The notes beneath the pieces were generated by a model. That model searched no databases and was not told the DNA's origin. It worked only from the letters and a program-made list of their open reading frames with translations. Positions 1 through 8,375 of a stretch of DNA of 64,000 bases are shown here, piece by piece; positions within the stretch are counted from its first letter, which is position 1; the number at the start of each line of letters is the position of its first letter. Position numbers and translations under genes: made by a program. Location of the stretch: the IMG/VR virus record IMGVR_UViG_3300042886_000142. One strand, 5' to 3'. Source of the stretch: an uncultured virus (IMG/VR IMGVR_UViG_3300042886_000142). Taxonomy: Duplodnaviria; Heunggongvirae; Uroviricota; Caudoviricetes.

Positions 1-2
1 AA

Positions 3-344
3 GCAAAAGAGTTTGATGGTATTCCTATCAATCCAAAATTAGCAACAGAACTACAAGACTTCTTATTAGTAGATAAGTGGAAAACTCCATCAGGAGAAAC
101 TCTTACAGACTTTGATCGTGCTATTCTGGATTTAAAGAAACCAGAGAATCATTCACAGAAAGTTAAGATAGGGCTTCTTTTAAAGATGTTAGAAAAAGAT
201 CCTACATTATCAACTATACAACGAACAGGTGTGACTAAAAAGTCTAATGAGTTGTTTGGAGAAGTTGCAAGACAAGTTACAAAAGCTAAAACGCCTGGAG
301 TAACTAATAGCGGTGGTGCTAATTCAAAATCATGGTTCTTATAA
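3..344 (+). CDS. 3' end of the conserved gene upstream of the MCP (putative scaffold/structural protein), truncated by the window edge
   Basis: Frame 3 is open from the window start (AKEFDGIPINPKLATELQ...NSKSWFL) to TAA at 342-344. It lies directly before the MCP, as in crAss-like capsid modules. Not in the ORF track. Confidence 0.7.
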   Translation, partial: AKEFDGIPINPKLATELQDFLLVDKWKTPSGETLTDFDRAILDLKKPENHSQKVKIGLLLKMLEKDPTLSTIQRTGVTKKSNELFGEVARQVTKAKTPGVTNSGGANSKSWFL

Positions 345-379
345 CAAAACAATAAATAATTAACAAAAACGAATAACAA

Positions 380-1942
380 ATGGCAATTCAAACAATTCCT
401 GGGTTAACTGGTTTTACTTATGCTCGTGTAGCGTCTATGGACAAACGTGCAGTAGGGAAACTAACAGACTCTAACCACTTAGAGAGTTTTCACTCTACTG
501 AGCCTGCAGACTATGACAAAAAAATCATCAGTCTTTATACACAGAGCTCACTTTACAGTAATGACTTCTTAGACATGATCAACAAAAGCACACCTTATTA
601 TATTGATAATAATAGTGATGCATGGAAATGGCAAGTAGCAGTTCCTTACAAATTCCCAAAAATTATTGACATCCCTTCTTCTACACAAGATCTTATCTTA
701 GCTGGAAAAACAGGTATCGATGGTCAAGAGTTCCAATTAGTATTAGATACTAATGAGTTCTCTAAAAATGCTATCATCTCTGTAGGTACACGTCAATATG
801 GTCCACGTTTCTACGTGATCAAAGATCCATTACCTTGGAACATGGGATTCTTGTATTCATTTACATTAGTAACTGATAACCCAACAGTTGATTTCGTTAA
901 TCCTGTATTCTTGCAATATGGTGTTGAATTAGAATTAGTTGATGCTGCTATTGGTGAGTTTGATCAAGACTTATTAGGTCTTCCAAGATTAGGTGAGCAA
1001 ATCACAATGTTCGAATCTTTAGGTTCTGCATATGGATATGAGCACAAAATCACTGAATGGGCTGATGACAAAATGATGAGAGATGCTTCTGGTAAACCAT
1101 TAGACATCTTGGTATATGCTCCACAAAGACGTAACCAATTACCTTTAACTCGTAATGATGTTAAATGGGAACCGTTCATCGAATTCTGGATGCGTAAATC
1201 TATGATTGAATTGAAAGTTAAACGTATGATTTGGGCTAAACCTGGTACAGTTAAATCTGGTGGTGGTAAGCAAGAATTGAAACGTACTTCAGCTGGTGTA
1301 TACCACAGAATGCGTAACAACGGTAACTTGGTACAATATAACAGAGGTGAATTCTCTGCTAACTTGATCCGTTCTGTATTTGGAGATTTATTCTACAGAA
1401 GAGTGGATGTGAAAGATAGAAGTGTTAAGATGTATACTAATGAAGCTGGATTCGATGTATTCCAACAAGCTTTGAAAACAGATGCATTGAACTCAGGTCT
1501 TACTTTCATGGCTGATTCTGGAAACAGATATATGCAAGGTGAAGGACAACATATCACTTACAACTTTGCATTTGATGCAATGGTAACTCGTGAGACTGGT
1601 AGAGTTGAACTTATTCACTTAAAAGAATTAGATTTACCACAATCTAACTTAGAGTTTGGACAAAACAAAAAATCTACTCCTGTATTTATGGTGTTTGATG
1701 TTTCTCCAATGTCTGATGGTTCAATGGTAAACAACATTAGAGAAGTACGTATGAAAGGTGCTCCTTCTATGACTTGGGGTTATATTGATGGTACTCGTCA
1801 CCACTTAGGTTTTGCTAAATCTCAAGGTATGTCAAGTGCTAATAAATTCCCAGGATACGAAATCTGGATGAAAGACAGATGTGATGTATTTATTGAAGAT
1901 TTATCTAGAACTGTGTTGATTGAGGAAATGCCACAATTCTAA
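380..1942 (+). CDS. Major capsid protein, crAss-like (HK97 fold with inserted domain)
   Basis: 520 aa; size, position at the head of the structural module, highly biased codon usage and a C-terminal GAPSMTWGYIDG...GYEIWMKDRCDVFIED segment resemble crAss-family MCPs. Confidence 0.85.
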   Translation: MAIQTIPGLTGFTYARVASMDKRAVGKLTDSNHLESFHSTEPADYDKKIISLYTQSSLYSNDFLDMINKSTPYYIDNNSDAWKWQVAVPYKFPKIIDIPSSTQDLILAGKTGIDGQEFQLVLDTNEFSKNAIISVGTRQYGPRFYVIKDPLPWNMGFLYSFTLVTDNPTVDFVNPVFLQYGVELELVDAAIGEFDQDLLGLPRLGEQITMFESLGSAYGYEHKITEWADDKMMRDASGKPLDILVYAPQRRNQLPLTRNDVKWEPFIEFWMRKSMIELKVKRMIWAKPGTVKSGGGKQELKRTSAGVYHRMRNNGNLVQYNRGEFSANLIRSVFGDLFYRRVDVKDRSVKMYTNEAGFDVFQQALKTDALNSGLTFMADSGNRYMQGEGQHITYNFAFDAMVTRETGRVELIHLKELDLPQSNLEFGQNKKSTPVFMVFDVSPMSDGSMVNNIREVRMKGAPSMTWGYIDGTRHHLGFAKSQGMSSANKFPGYEIWMKDRCDVFIEDLSRTVLIEEMPQF

Positions 1943-1954
1943 TAACAAAATAGT

Positions 1955-1997
1955 AGGAGTAATGCTTACCATAAGAACAGCATACTTCTCTTTTTTC
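1955..1997 (+). terminator. Stem-loop followed by a T-tract after the MCP gene
   Basis: AGGAGT-a-ATGCT...AGCAT-ACTTCT can pair and is followed by CTTTTTT. Confidence 0.45.
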
Positions 1998-2150
1998 CGA
2001 GAAAGATCCCCTCACCTCCTCTCCCTCCTAGAGGGGATTGATCTCAAATTACTTAGTCAAGCCTCTTGCATAGCAACGTAACTAAGTGTCAGAGTGTTGA
2101 AATGGATAGTATCCAGGTTCAGGTTCCTTCGGTGGAACCACTCTACAAAT

Positions 2151-2224
2151 CGTGTGGTAGAGCAGTTGGTTAGCTTGCTGGACTCATAATCCAGAGGTCG
2201 AAGGTTCGAGTCCTTCCCACGCAA
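2151..2224 (+). tRNA. tRNA-Met(CAT), initiator (fMet)-like; CCA not encoded
   Basis: Full cloverleaf: acceptor CGTGTGG/CCACGCA with a C1:A72 mismatch, D arm GAGC/GCTT, anticodon arm CTGGA-CTCATAA-TCCAG, T arm GAAGG-TTCGAGT-CCTTC, discriminator A. Confidence 0.93.
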
Positions 2225-2258
2225 CTAAAATAAACCAATTATTAAATTTAACTACATT

Positions 2259-3230
2259 ATGGGTAAAACAGGCAAAATTTCTACTATCAAGAGAGACTAT
2301 TCAAATAGTGCTCAACTTCAAACAATGGATAGTGGACTATCGCAAAAAGGAATGACAAGAATCCCTGGAACAGGAGTATTCAAATATCCTTATAAGGAAT
2401 TGGATGGTAAATATAGAACAGGCTTAGATGAGAATGCTTCTTATATTAAACGAATTCAAGATCCTTTAGAAAAAGAATTAGAAATCGAAAGAGTGATTGC
2501 TCTAAGAAAAAAACTTGAAGATGAAATAGGTGATATTGATTTAGGACCTCGTTCACAATTTTGGAACTATGGTTTGTCACTTTCAACAGATGATCAAACG
2601 CATGTACAATCAGTTAAGTTATTAGATGGTGATAATTATTTTGATCTATCAGTTCCTTTTCAAGAGATAGCCTTTTCATGGTTAAGAGTACATCCAACAA
2701 TTGCATCTTCCTACCAAGCTTGGGAAAGAGGAGAATATGCTGCTGATACACAATTCTACGTTGTAGATGATGAAATAGAGAATGCAGTGATCTACAAGAA
2801 AAAACAATTGATTAACAAAGCTATTGTTAAGTTTGATTCTATGACTCCTGATAAGAAGAAAAAAGTTGCAAGACTTTTAGGTCTTCCAGTAACAGAAGAG
2901 ACAAAAGAAGAAGTTGTATACAACTTAGTAGATAATGTATTGAAACAAACAGAATTCAAGAATGGTAAATATTCAGGATTGAGTCCAGTTGAAGTGTTCA
3001 ATAGATTTGCTGATATGAAAGAAGCTTTACTCCATATTAAAGATTTAGTTAAACAAGCTGTAGCACATTCAGTGTATAGAATCAAACCTAACGGTAAGGT
3101 TTATGAAGGTGAGTATGAAATAGCTAAAGATGAAGATGATTTAATTAAATTTCTAGCTGATGATGATAACCAAGATGAGTTGTTAACATTAGAAGGTAAA
3201 TTGAAAACTAAAAAGCTAGCTTCTGTATAA
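2259..3230 (+). CDS. Conserved crAss-like capsid-module protein (position of crAssphage gene 75 family)
   Basis: 323-aa ORF immediately after the MCP; assignment from synteny and size. Confidence 0.6.
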   Translation: MGKTGKISTIKRDYSNSAQLQTMDSGLSQKGMTRIPGTGVFKYPYKELDGKYRTGLDENASYIKRIQDPLEKELEIERVIALRKKLEDEIGDIDLGPRSQFWNYGLSLSTDDQTHVQSVKLLDGDNYFDLSVPFQEIAFSWLRVHPTIASSYQAWERGEYAADTQFYVVDDEIENAVIYKKKQLINKAIVKFDSMTPDKKKKVARLLGLPVTEETKEEVVYNLVDNVLKQTEFKNGKYSGLSPVEVFNRFADMKEALLHIKDLVKQAVAHSVYRIKPNGKVYEGEYEIAKDEDDLIKFLADDDNQDELLTLEGKLKTKKLASV

Positions 3231-3257
3231 GAAGCTAGTTTAAAAAAATAAAAGAAT

Positions 3258-3989
3258 ATGATACCAGTAGATAGTTTATTATACAAGATCGATCAGAAAC
3301 TAAATAAACTATCAACTAATGAGCATCAAATGATTCAATTAGAAGACAAGATCTTAGCTTTGAATGAAGCTCAGATCAAGTTGATAAAACAAAAAGTTGA
3401 TGGTATTAGTGTTGCAAATGGATTAGGAATGGATGCGTTTAAAAAACGTTATGAAGACTTACAAAGTCTTGTAATGGATTATAATCATCAACCTTTAACA
3501 TTAAGATTAAAAGATGCTGATTTAAATCAATGGTCTGCAAATGTTCATTTACTTGAACCTAAGTATATGTTTTATGTTGATAGTTATGCATTAGCTGACA
3601 AGGGTAGATGTAAGGATAGAAAGATATGGATTAACAGAGACCTTGCTAAACATGGTGATCTTCAGTTCATATTAAACAATGATCATTACAAACCTTCATT
3701 TGAATACCAAGAAACATTTAATTTCTTAGCCTCAGATGAAATTTCTATATTCACCGATGGTACTTTTACCCCTAAGAATATACAAATAATGTACATGAGA
3801 TATCCAGTGTATATTAATAAGACAGGATATATAATGTTAGATGGTCAACCATCATATGATGCTGATTGTGAATTGGAAACATATCTAGAAGATGAACTTT
3901 TAGATCTTACAGTACAGAATCTAGCAATGTATACAGAGAATCAATCTGCTGTTCAAAATGCAGCATATAGGATTCAAACAAACGAATAA
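3258..3989 (+). CDS. Putative neck/ring (head-tail adaptor) protein, crAss gene 74-like
   Basis: 243 aa; N-terminal helical LNEAQ motif and C-terminal YMRYP...CELETYLEDELLDLTV pattern, typical of crAss ring proteins. Confidence 0.6.
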   Translation: MIPVDSLLYKIDQKLNKLSTNEHQMIQLEDKILALNEAQIKLIKQKVDGISVANGLGMDAFKKRYEDLQSLVMDYNHQPLTLRLKDADLNQWSANVHLLEPKYMFYVDSYALADKGRCKDRKIWINRDLAKHGDLQFILNNDHYKPSFEYQETFNFLASDEISIFTDGTFTPKNIQIMYMRYPVYINKTGYIMLDGQPSYDADCELETYLEDELLDLTVQNLAMYTENQSAVQNAAYRIQTNE

Positions 3990-4017
3990 TTTTTTTAACA
4001 TTTAATAAATAAATAAA

Positions 4018-5184
4018 ATGGCTGATTTTTCATTAACCACGCTCTTCGTGGTTCCAGTAGGACAAACTGCACTTCCTAGTTCTGGCTCAACACAAAACTT
4101 GACAGCAGGACAAGTAGGTATTTTTAAAAGTAACTATGATTTGGCTACTGCTGTTAACATTGCAGCATCTCCTTATTTCTACGTTGCTCAAGGTAGAACA
4201 AACACCTATCTTCAAGGATCTAAAAGATCTGACAGAATCTCTGGTAAATTAAATGCTGGTTCAGGACAAAATGTAACTGAATGGTATAAAGTATCAGGAT
4301 GCCCAACAGCTGCTAATCAAATTACTGATGTAACTGATTTTACTGTACAATGTGGAGAAGTTATCACGTTAACATTACGTGCTTTCTCTAGCTACATTAG
4401 TACATTGTATTTCAATGGTTTCACTCGTTCGGTAACTATTCAAGCTCCTTGTTGTGATTGTGATGCTAATCCATGTGCTGATGTATCTACATCTACTATC
4501 ATCGATGAGTTAATCTATCAATTAGAATTGAAAGCTCCAGGAAACAACCCTGATAACATTTCTTTCTCTACATTCTATACATTTGAAAATGTAGGTGGAA
4601 CTATCTTACGTATTACTGGAAAACCATTGACTGTATATGGACAACCATGTGATATCGCTGCGTTCCCTTTTGAATATGACAGAATGTCTTTCAGAACTTT
4701 CGTTTATGCTGGTCCAGCTACTACTGCTGACTTTATTGTTGCAGATCGTTGTAACTTTGTTGCTCAACCTGTGATCACTCAACGTGCTTCATATGCTTCA
4801 GGACAAACTGCTGAGATTGCTCAATTAGAGAAAAACTTCTATAGCTACCAAGCTGGTTACTTGAAACACCTTTACAGAATGAACGGTTACAATGAGAACT
4901 TTGAGTCTTGGGTATCTGGTGGTGTTACTTATGATACGTATTATATCAAATTCAATGAATATGATAAATCTGCATATCAATGGGGTGATTATATCATGGA
5001 AGATTCTACTGTAATCATTGCTGCACCAAACTCTGTAACAAGTGGCATTGCTGCTGCAATTGAAACTGTATTAGAAGCTGCTTTAGGAACTGTATTAGAT
5101 AACAATGCTTGTATTACAACTACAACTACTACATCTAGTGCTCCAGCACCTACTACTACTACAACTTCTACTCAAATTCCTTAA
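4018..5184 (+). CDS. Putative auxiliary capsid/structural protein (crAss gene 73-like) with C-terminal poly-Thr tail
   Basis: 388 aa, beta-rich, codon bias like the MCP, third gene after the MCP; ends CITTTTTTSSAPAPTTTTTSTQIP. Confidence 0.6.
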   Translation: MADFSLTTLFVVPVGQTALPSSGSTQNLTAGQVGIFKSNYDLATAVNIAASPYFYVAQGRTNTYLQGSKRSDRISGKLNAGSGQNVTEWYKVSGCPTAANQITDVTDFTVQCGEVITLTLRAFSSYISTLYFNGFTRSVTIQAPCCDCDANPCADVSTSTIIDELIYQLELKAPGNNPDNISFSTFYTFENVGGTILRITGKPLTVYGQPCDIAAFPFEYDRMSFRTFVYAGPATTADFIVADRCNFVAQPVITQRASYASGQTAEIAQLEKNFYSYQAGYLKHLYRMNGYNENFESWVSGGVTYDTYYIKFNEYDKSAYQWGDYIMEDSTVIIAAPNSVTSGIAAAIETVLEAALGTVLDNNACITTTTTTSSAPAPTTTTTSTQIP

Positions 5185-5217
5185 GGATAAGCAGAAGTAA
5201 AATATTATTAAATAACC

Positions 5218-5262
5218 TATGCCAGGGGAAAGAGGATACACTCATATTCCTCTGGCATATTT
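5218..5262 (+). terminator. Strong intergenic hairpin (terminator or transcript stabiliser)
   Basis: TATGCCAGGGGAA...TTCCTCTGGCATA inverted repeat; the following T-tract is weak. Confidence 0.6.
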
Positions 5263-5276
5263 ATTATAAAACAAAC

Positions 5277-5840
5277 ATGGCAAACTTACAATTAGATATA
5301 TTAGTAGTTCCTACTTATAGTGTACTTACAATTGGTGTTGCAGACGCTTCTGTATATCCTACCAATCCTCCAGTGGTCTCAGCACCATCTATTGAGATTG
5401 AAATACCAGGATTTGGAACAAAGATATTACCTTTCGTTCCTAATGAAATCAATGTATTTACATCATCTAATTTAGGGATAACAGATATTGGTTGCAACCA
5501 ACCTCTTCCTGATGGAGTGTATAGATTAAAATATTCTGTAGCTCCTGCATATGCAAACTATGTAGAGAAAACAATATTACGTGTTGAGAGGCTTCAAGAG
5601 AAGTTCGACAATGCTTTCCTTCAATTAAATATGATGGAGTGTGACAGAGCCCTTAAAACTCAATCTAGCGTAACATTAAATACAATCAACTTCTTTATTC
5701 AAGGAGCAATTGCTGCAGCTAACAACTGTGCAGAATATGAATCAAATACATTATATGCTCAGGCAGATAATATGTTAAACAATTTTCTTAAATCCAACTG
5801 TGGTTGTTCAGGTAACAACTACCAATTAAACTTTTATTAA
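5277..5840 (+). CDS. Putative tail/fibre-hub structural protein
   Basis: 187 aa, LPDGVYRLKYSV beta segment and Cys-rich C-terminus (NCGC); located at the start of the fibre cluster. Confidence 0.5.
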   Translation: MANLQLDILVVPTYSVLTIGVADASVYPTNPPVVSAPSIEIEIPGFGTKILPFVPNEINVFTSSNLGITDIGCNQPLPDGVYRLKYSVAPAYANYVEKTILRVERLQEKFDNAFLQLNMMECDRALKTQSSVTLNTINFFIQGAIAAANNCAEYESNTLYAQADNMLNNFLKSNCGCSGNNYQLNFY

Positions 5841-5842
5841 TT

Positions 5843-5938
5843 ATGGCACAATGTTCAAGCTGTGGAGCTAATGTAGGGTGCGGTTGTCAATTGACAAACG
5901 GAGTGTGTGCAGCATGTGCTGCTAAAGTGAATAAATAA
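5843..5938 (+). CDS. Unannotated 31-aa Cys-rich microprotein MAQCSSCGANVGCGCQLTNGVCAACAAKVNK
   Basis: ATG 2 nt after the upstream stop, fills the intergenic gap, six Cys arranged as CxxC/CxC/CxxC. Below the ORF-track size cutoff. Confidence 0.75.
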   Translation: MAQCSSCGANVGCGCQLTNGVCAACAAKVNK

Positions 5939-5951
5939 ATAAATTGATATC

Positions 5952-7226
5952 ATGTTATCACCAAGACTAACGAATTGCCCAGAATGTTCTAACATTCCTG
6001 ATTTACTTAAAAAAATAAATTGCAAGTTAGCAGAGCTTGGTAATAGTTTGTACAACAATGTTTCATACATGTTGAATCAACCTATACCTGCTGGTGATAT
6101 GCTTCAATTGATAGCATATAGAAGGATACTTACTCACAAGTATTGTAATCCTAATTATGTGCATGAGTACTCTGTAGCTATGATAGCTAGCAGAGTTATA
6201 CGTATTACAGCAGGTTGTGTTAGTAGATGTAATGAACCAGAACGTTGTTTAGAAGATCCTTGTGAGATTGATATAGTAGCTAATCCTACAACAACAAGTA
6301 CAACCACTGCAATGATGGGTTGTCAATCATTTATATTATATAACACTGCAACTGTTGCAGAATCATTCTTGATTGGTAATTGTGATACAGGAGAACCAGA
6401 GACACTAACTTTACAAGGACTGTGTAGTGTTTGCATAAGCACAATAGTATCTCTTAATGTATCACCAAATATTGTAGTGATAAATACAGATGAGTGTACT
6501 ACAACGACAACTAGTACCACTCTACCTCCAACTACTACTACTACAAGCTCTAGTTCTACAAGTACAACAACAAGTTCTAGTACCTCTACAACAACTAGTT
6601 CTACAACAACTGCTGCACCTACCACAACAACTACTACTACTGCTATGGTTTTACCTTCAGTAACTGTTTGTGGCAGAACAGTAACAATTGAGAATTCAAA
6701 TCTTACTGTTTTAACTGATGGTACTCCTATAGTGTATGCTGCTGATATAACAGAATGGAATAACTATGTTACTAGTAGTATACCTTGTTATACTTATTGG
6801 CAATTTGATCCAGCTGAGGCATATAGAGGTTGTTTATATAACCAAGTAGCCATTAATAATTTAGCTCCTCCAGGATGGAGAGGATTAACAACTCAAGATG
6901 TACAATATTTTTATGAGTGTAATCCTTATTTACCTGTAGAAAATTTATATGCTGCTTATCCAGGTAATTGGGATCCAACTTTTTGGACAGATCAAAGTAA
7001 TGCAGGAGAAACTGGAATAAATTTTCAAGGATATGGATCTCCTCTTTGGAACGCTGGAAATATTTTATGGAATGGTGATGGAAGATTTGAAGCTCATGGG
7101 TATTCTCCTTCTACGTTCCCAGCATATGGATGTAGTGTTAATACTGCTGTTGGATATGTTAGTTGGGGAGATTATTTAGGATACACTATAAATGATCCTC
7201 TATACGCAAGATTTATAAAACTATAA
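5952..7226 (+). CDS. Virion decoration/fibre protein: helical N-domain, Cys module, poly-Thr/Ser linker, C-terminal Fib_succ_major-like domain
   Basis: C-terminus VTVCGRTVTIENSNL...GCLYNQVAINNLAPPGWR...ARFIKL follows the Fib_succ_major pattern and resembles the domain at 20305-20893. Confidence 0.65.
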   Translation: MLSPRLTNCPECSNIPDLLKKINCKLAELGNSLYNNVSYMLNQPIPAGDMLQLIAYRRILTHKYCNPNYVHEYSVAMIASRVIRITAGCVSRCNEPERCLEDPCEIDIVANPTTTSTTTAMMGCQSFILYNTATVAESFLIGNCDTGEPETLTLQGLCSVCISTIVSLNVSPNIVVINTDECTTTTTSTTLPPTTTTTSSSSTSTTTSSSTSTTTSSTTTAAPTTTTTTTAMVLPSVTVCGRTVTIENSNLTVLTDGTPIVYAADITEWNNYVTSSIPCYTYWQFDPAEAYRGCLYNQVAINNLAPPGWRGLTTQDVQYFYECNPYLPVENLYAAYPGNWDPTFWTDQSNAGETGINFQGYGSPLWNAGNILWNGDGRFEAHGYSPSTFPAYGCSVNTAVGYVSWGDYLGYTINDPLYARFIKL

Positions 7227-7255
7227 TATATTAAACCTTTTAAAAAATAAATAAT

Positions 7256-8362
7256 ATGTCCAATTGCTCAAATTGTTATAACGGATGTACAGAGATTATC
7301 TCTGACAGATGTGTTAAATATACAGGAATAGATGTTCCTGTCCTAGGAATCCAAACAGGTGATTCATTATCTTTTGTAGAACAAGCTCTTATTACATTTC
7401 TTGTATCAACATTGGATGGTACAGGAATTAAAATAGATCTTACTGGTATAAATGTATGTGCTCTTGTGCAGAAATATCTTCCTACTTGTGGGGATCTTTC
7501 TATTGTAGATATATCAAAAGCTCTTATACAAGCTGCTTGTGATCTTCAAGAACAAGTTGATGCTATTGTAGCAGAACTTGCTATATTAAATGCTGATTAT
7601 ACAATTGGATGTTTAACAGGTGTTACAGCATCTTCAGATACACATGCTATAGTACAAGCTGTTATAAATAAAGTTTGTGCATTAGAAGTTGATTTAATTG
7701 CTCTTGCTCTTGATCTTAGTACAAACTATGTTACATATCTTGAACTTCCTACATTGATCCAAGCATACTTAGATGCTTCGTCAAGTGGATTAATTAGCAA
7801 TAAGATGATTCCATATTCTGTACTTCCTTATTTTGGACCTATAACATTTTTTAATGCTTCAGGAGCAGGTACAGGTGACTGGAATAGAATATTTTTATGT
7901 AATGGAAATAATGGTACTCCTGATTTAAGAGGTAGAGCTTTAACTGGTGTAATTAATGGTATTCCTGGACCAACTTTAAGTCCTGCTGTAGATCCTGCAG
8001 TTAGCACTGCTAATCCAAATTATAGTCTTTATGATAATGCTGGTGCAAATCAAATTTCATTATTAGATACACAGATTCCTTTACATACACATGCTAATAC
8101 AGTATTGTCTACAGTTGATGAACATGGTGGACATGTTCATAATATTCAATATGGATTAGGTGGTTCTGGAACTTTATATCCTGAAACTCCATACATAAGT
8201 GATGTTATTGGTGGTACGGGAGGAGCAACAACAGTTACTGTTACAGGAATAACAGTTGCCACTGCAATAACTAATGCAGCTGGACCAATAGGTGGAGGAC
8301 TTCCTCATGCAAATATACAACCAGTAACAGCTTGTTACTATATTCAATATAGACCAGTTTAA
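7256..8362 (+). CDS. Tail fibre protein with tail-collar-like domain
   Basis: FLCNGNNGTPDLRGR, PLHTH and PHANIQP...YYIQY motifs of collar/short-fibre tips; Cys-rich N-terminus. Confidence 0.75.
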   Translation: MSNCSNCYNGCTEIISDRCVKYTGIDVPVLGIQTGDSLSFVEQALITFLVSTLDGTGIKIDLTGINVCALVQKYLPTCGDLSIVDISKALIQAACDLQEQVDAIVAELAILNADYTIGCLTGVTASSDTHAIVQAVINKVCALEVDLIALALDLSTNYVTYLELPTLIQAYLDASSSGLISNKMIPYSVLPYFGPITFFNASGAGTGDWNRIFLCNGNNGTPDLRGRALTGVINGIPGPTLSPAVDPAVSTANPNYSLYDNAGANQISLLDTQIPLHTHANTVLSTVDEHGGHVHNIQYGLGGSGTLYPETPYISDVIGGTGGATTVTVTGITVATAITNAAGPIGGGLPHANIQPVTACYYIQYRPV

Positions 8363-8375
8363 TAAAATCAATAAG

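Noticed and set aside
2085..2150. Hammerhead or other named ribozyme; second tRNA
   Set aside because: Lacks the CUGAnGA/GAAA core in the right arrangement and has no full cloverleaf; kept only as an unassigned structure.
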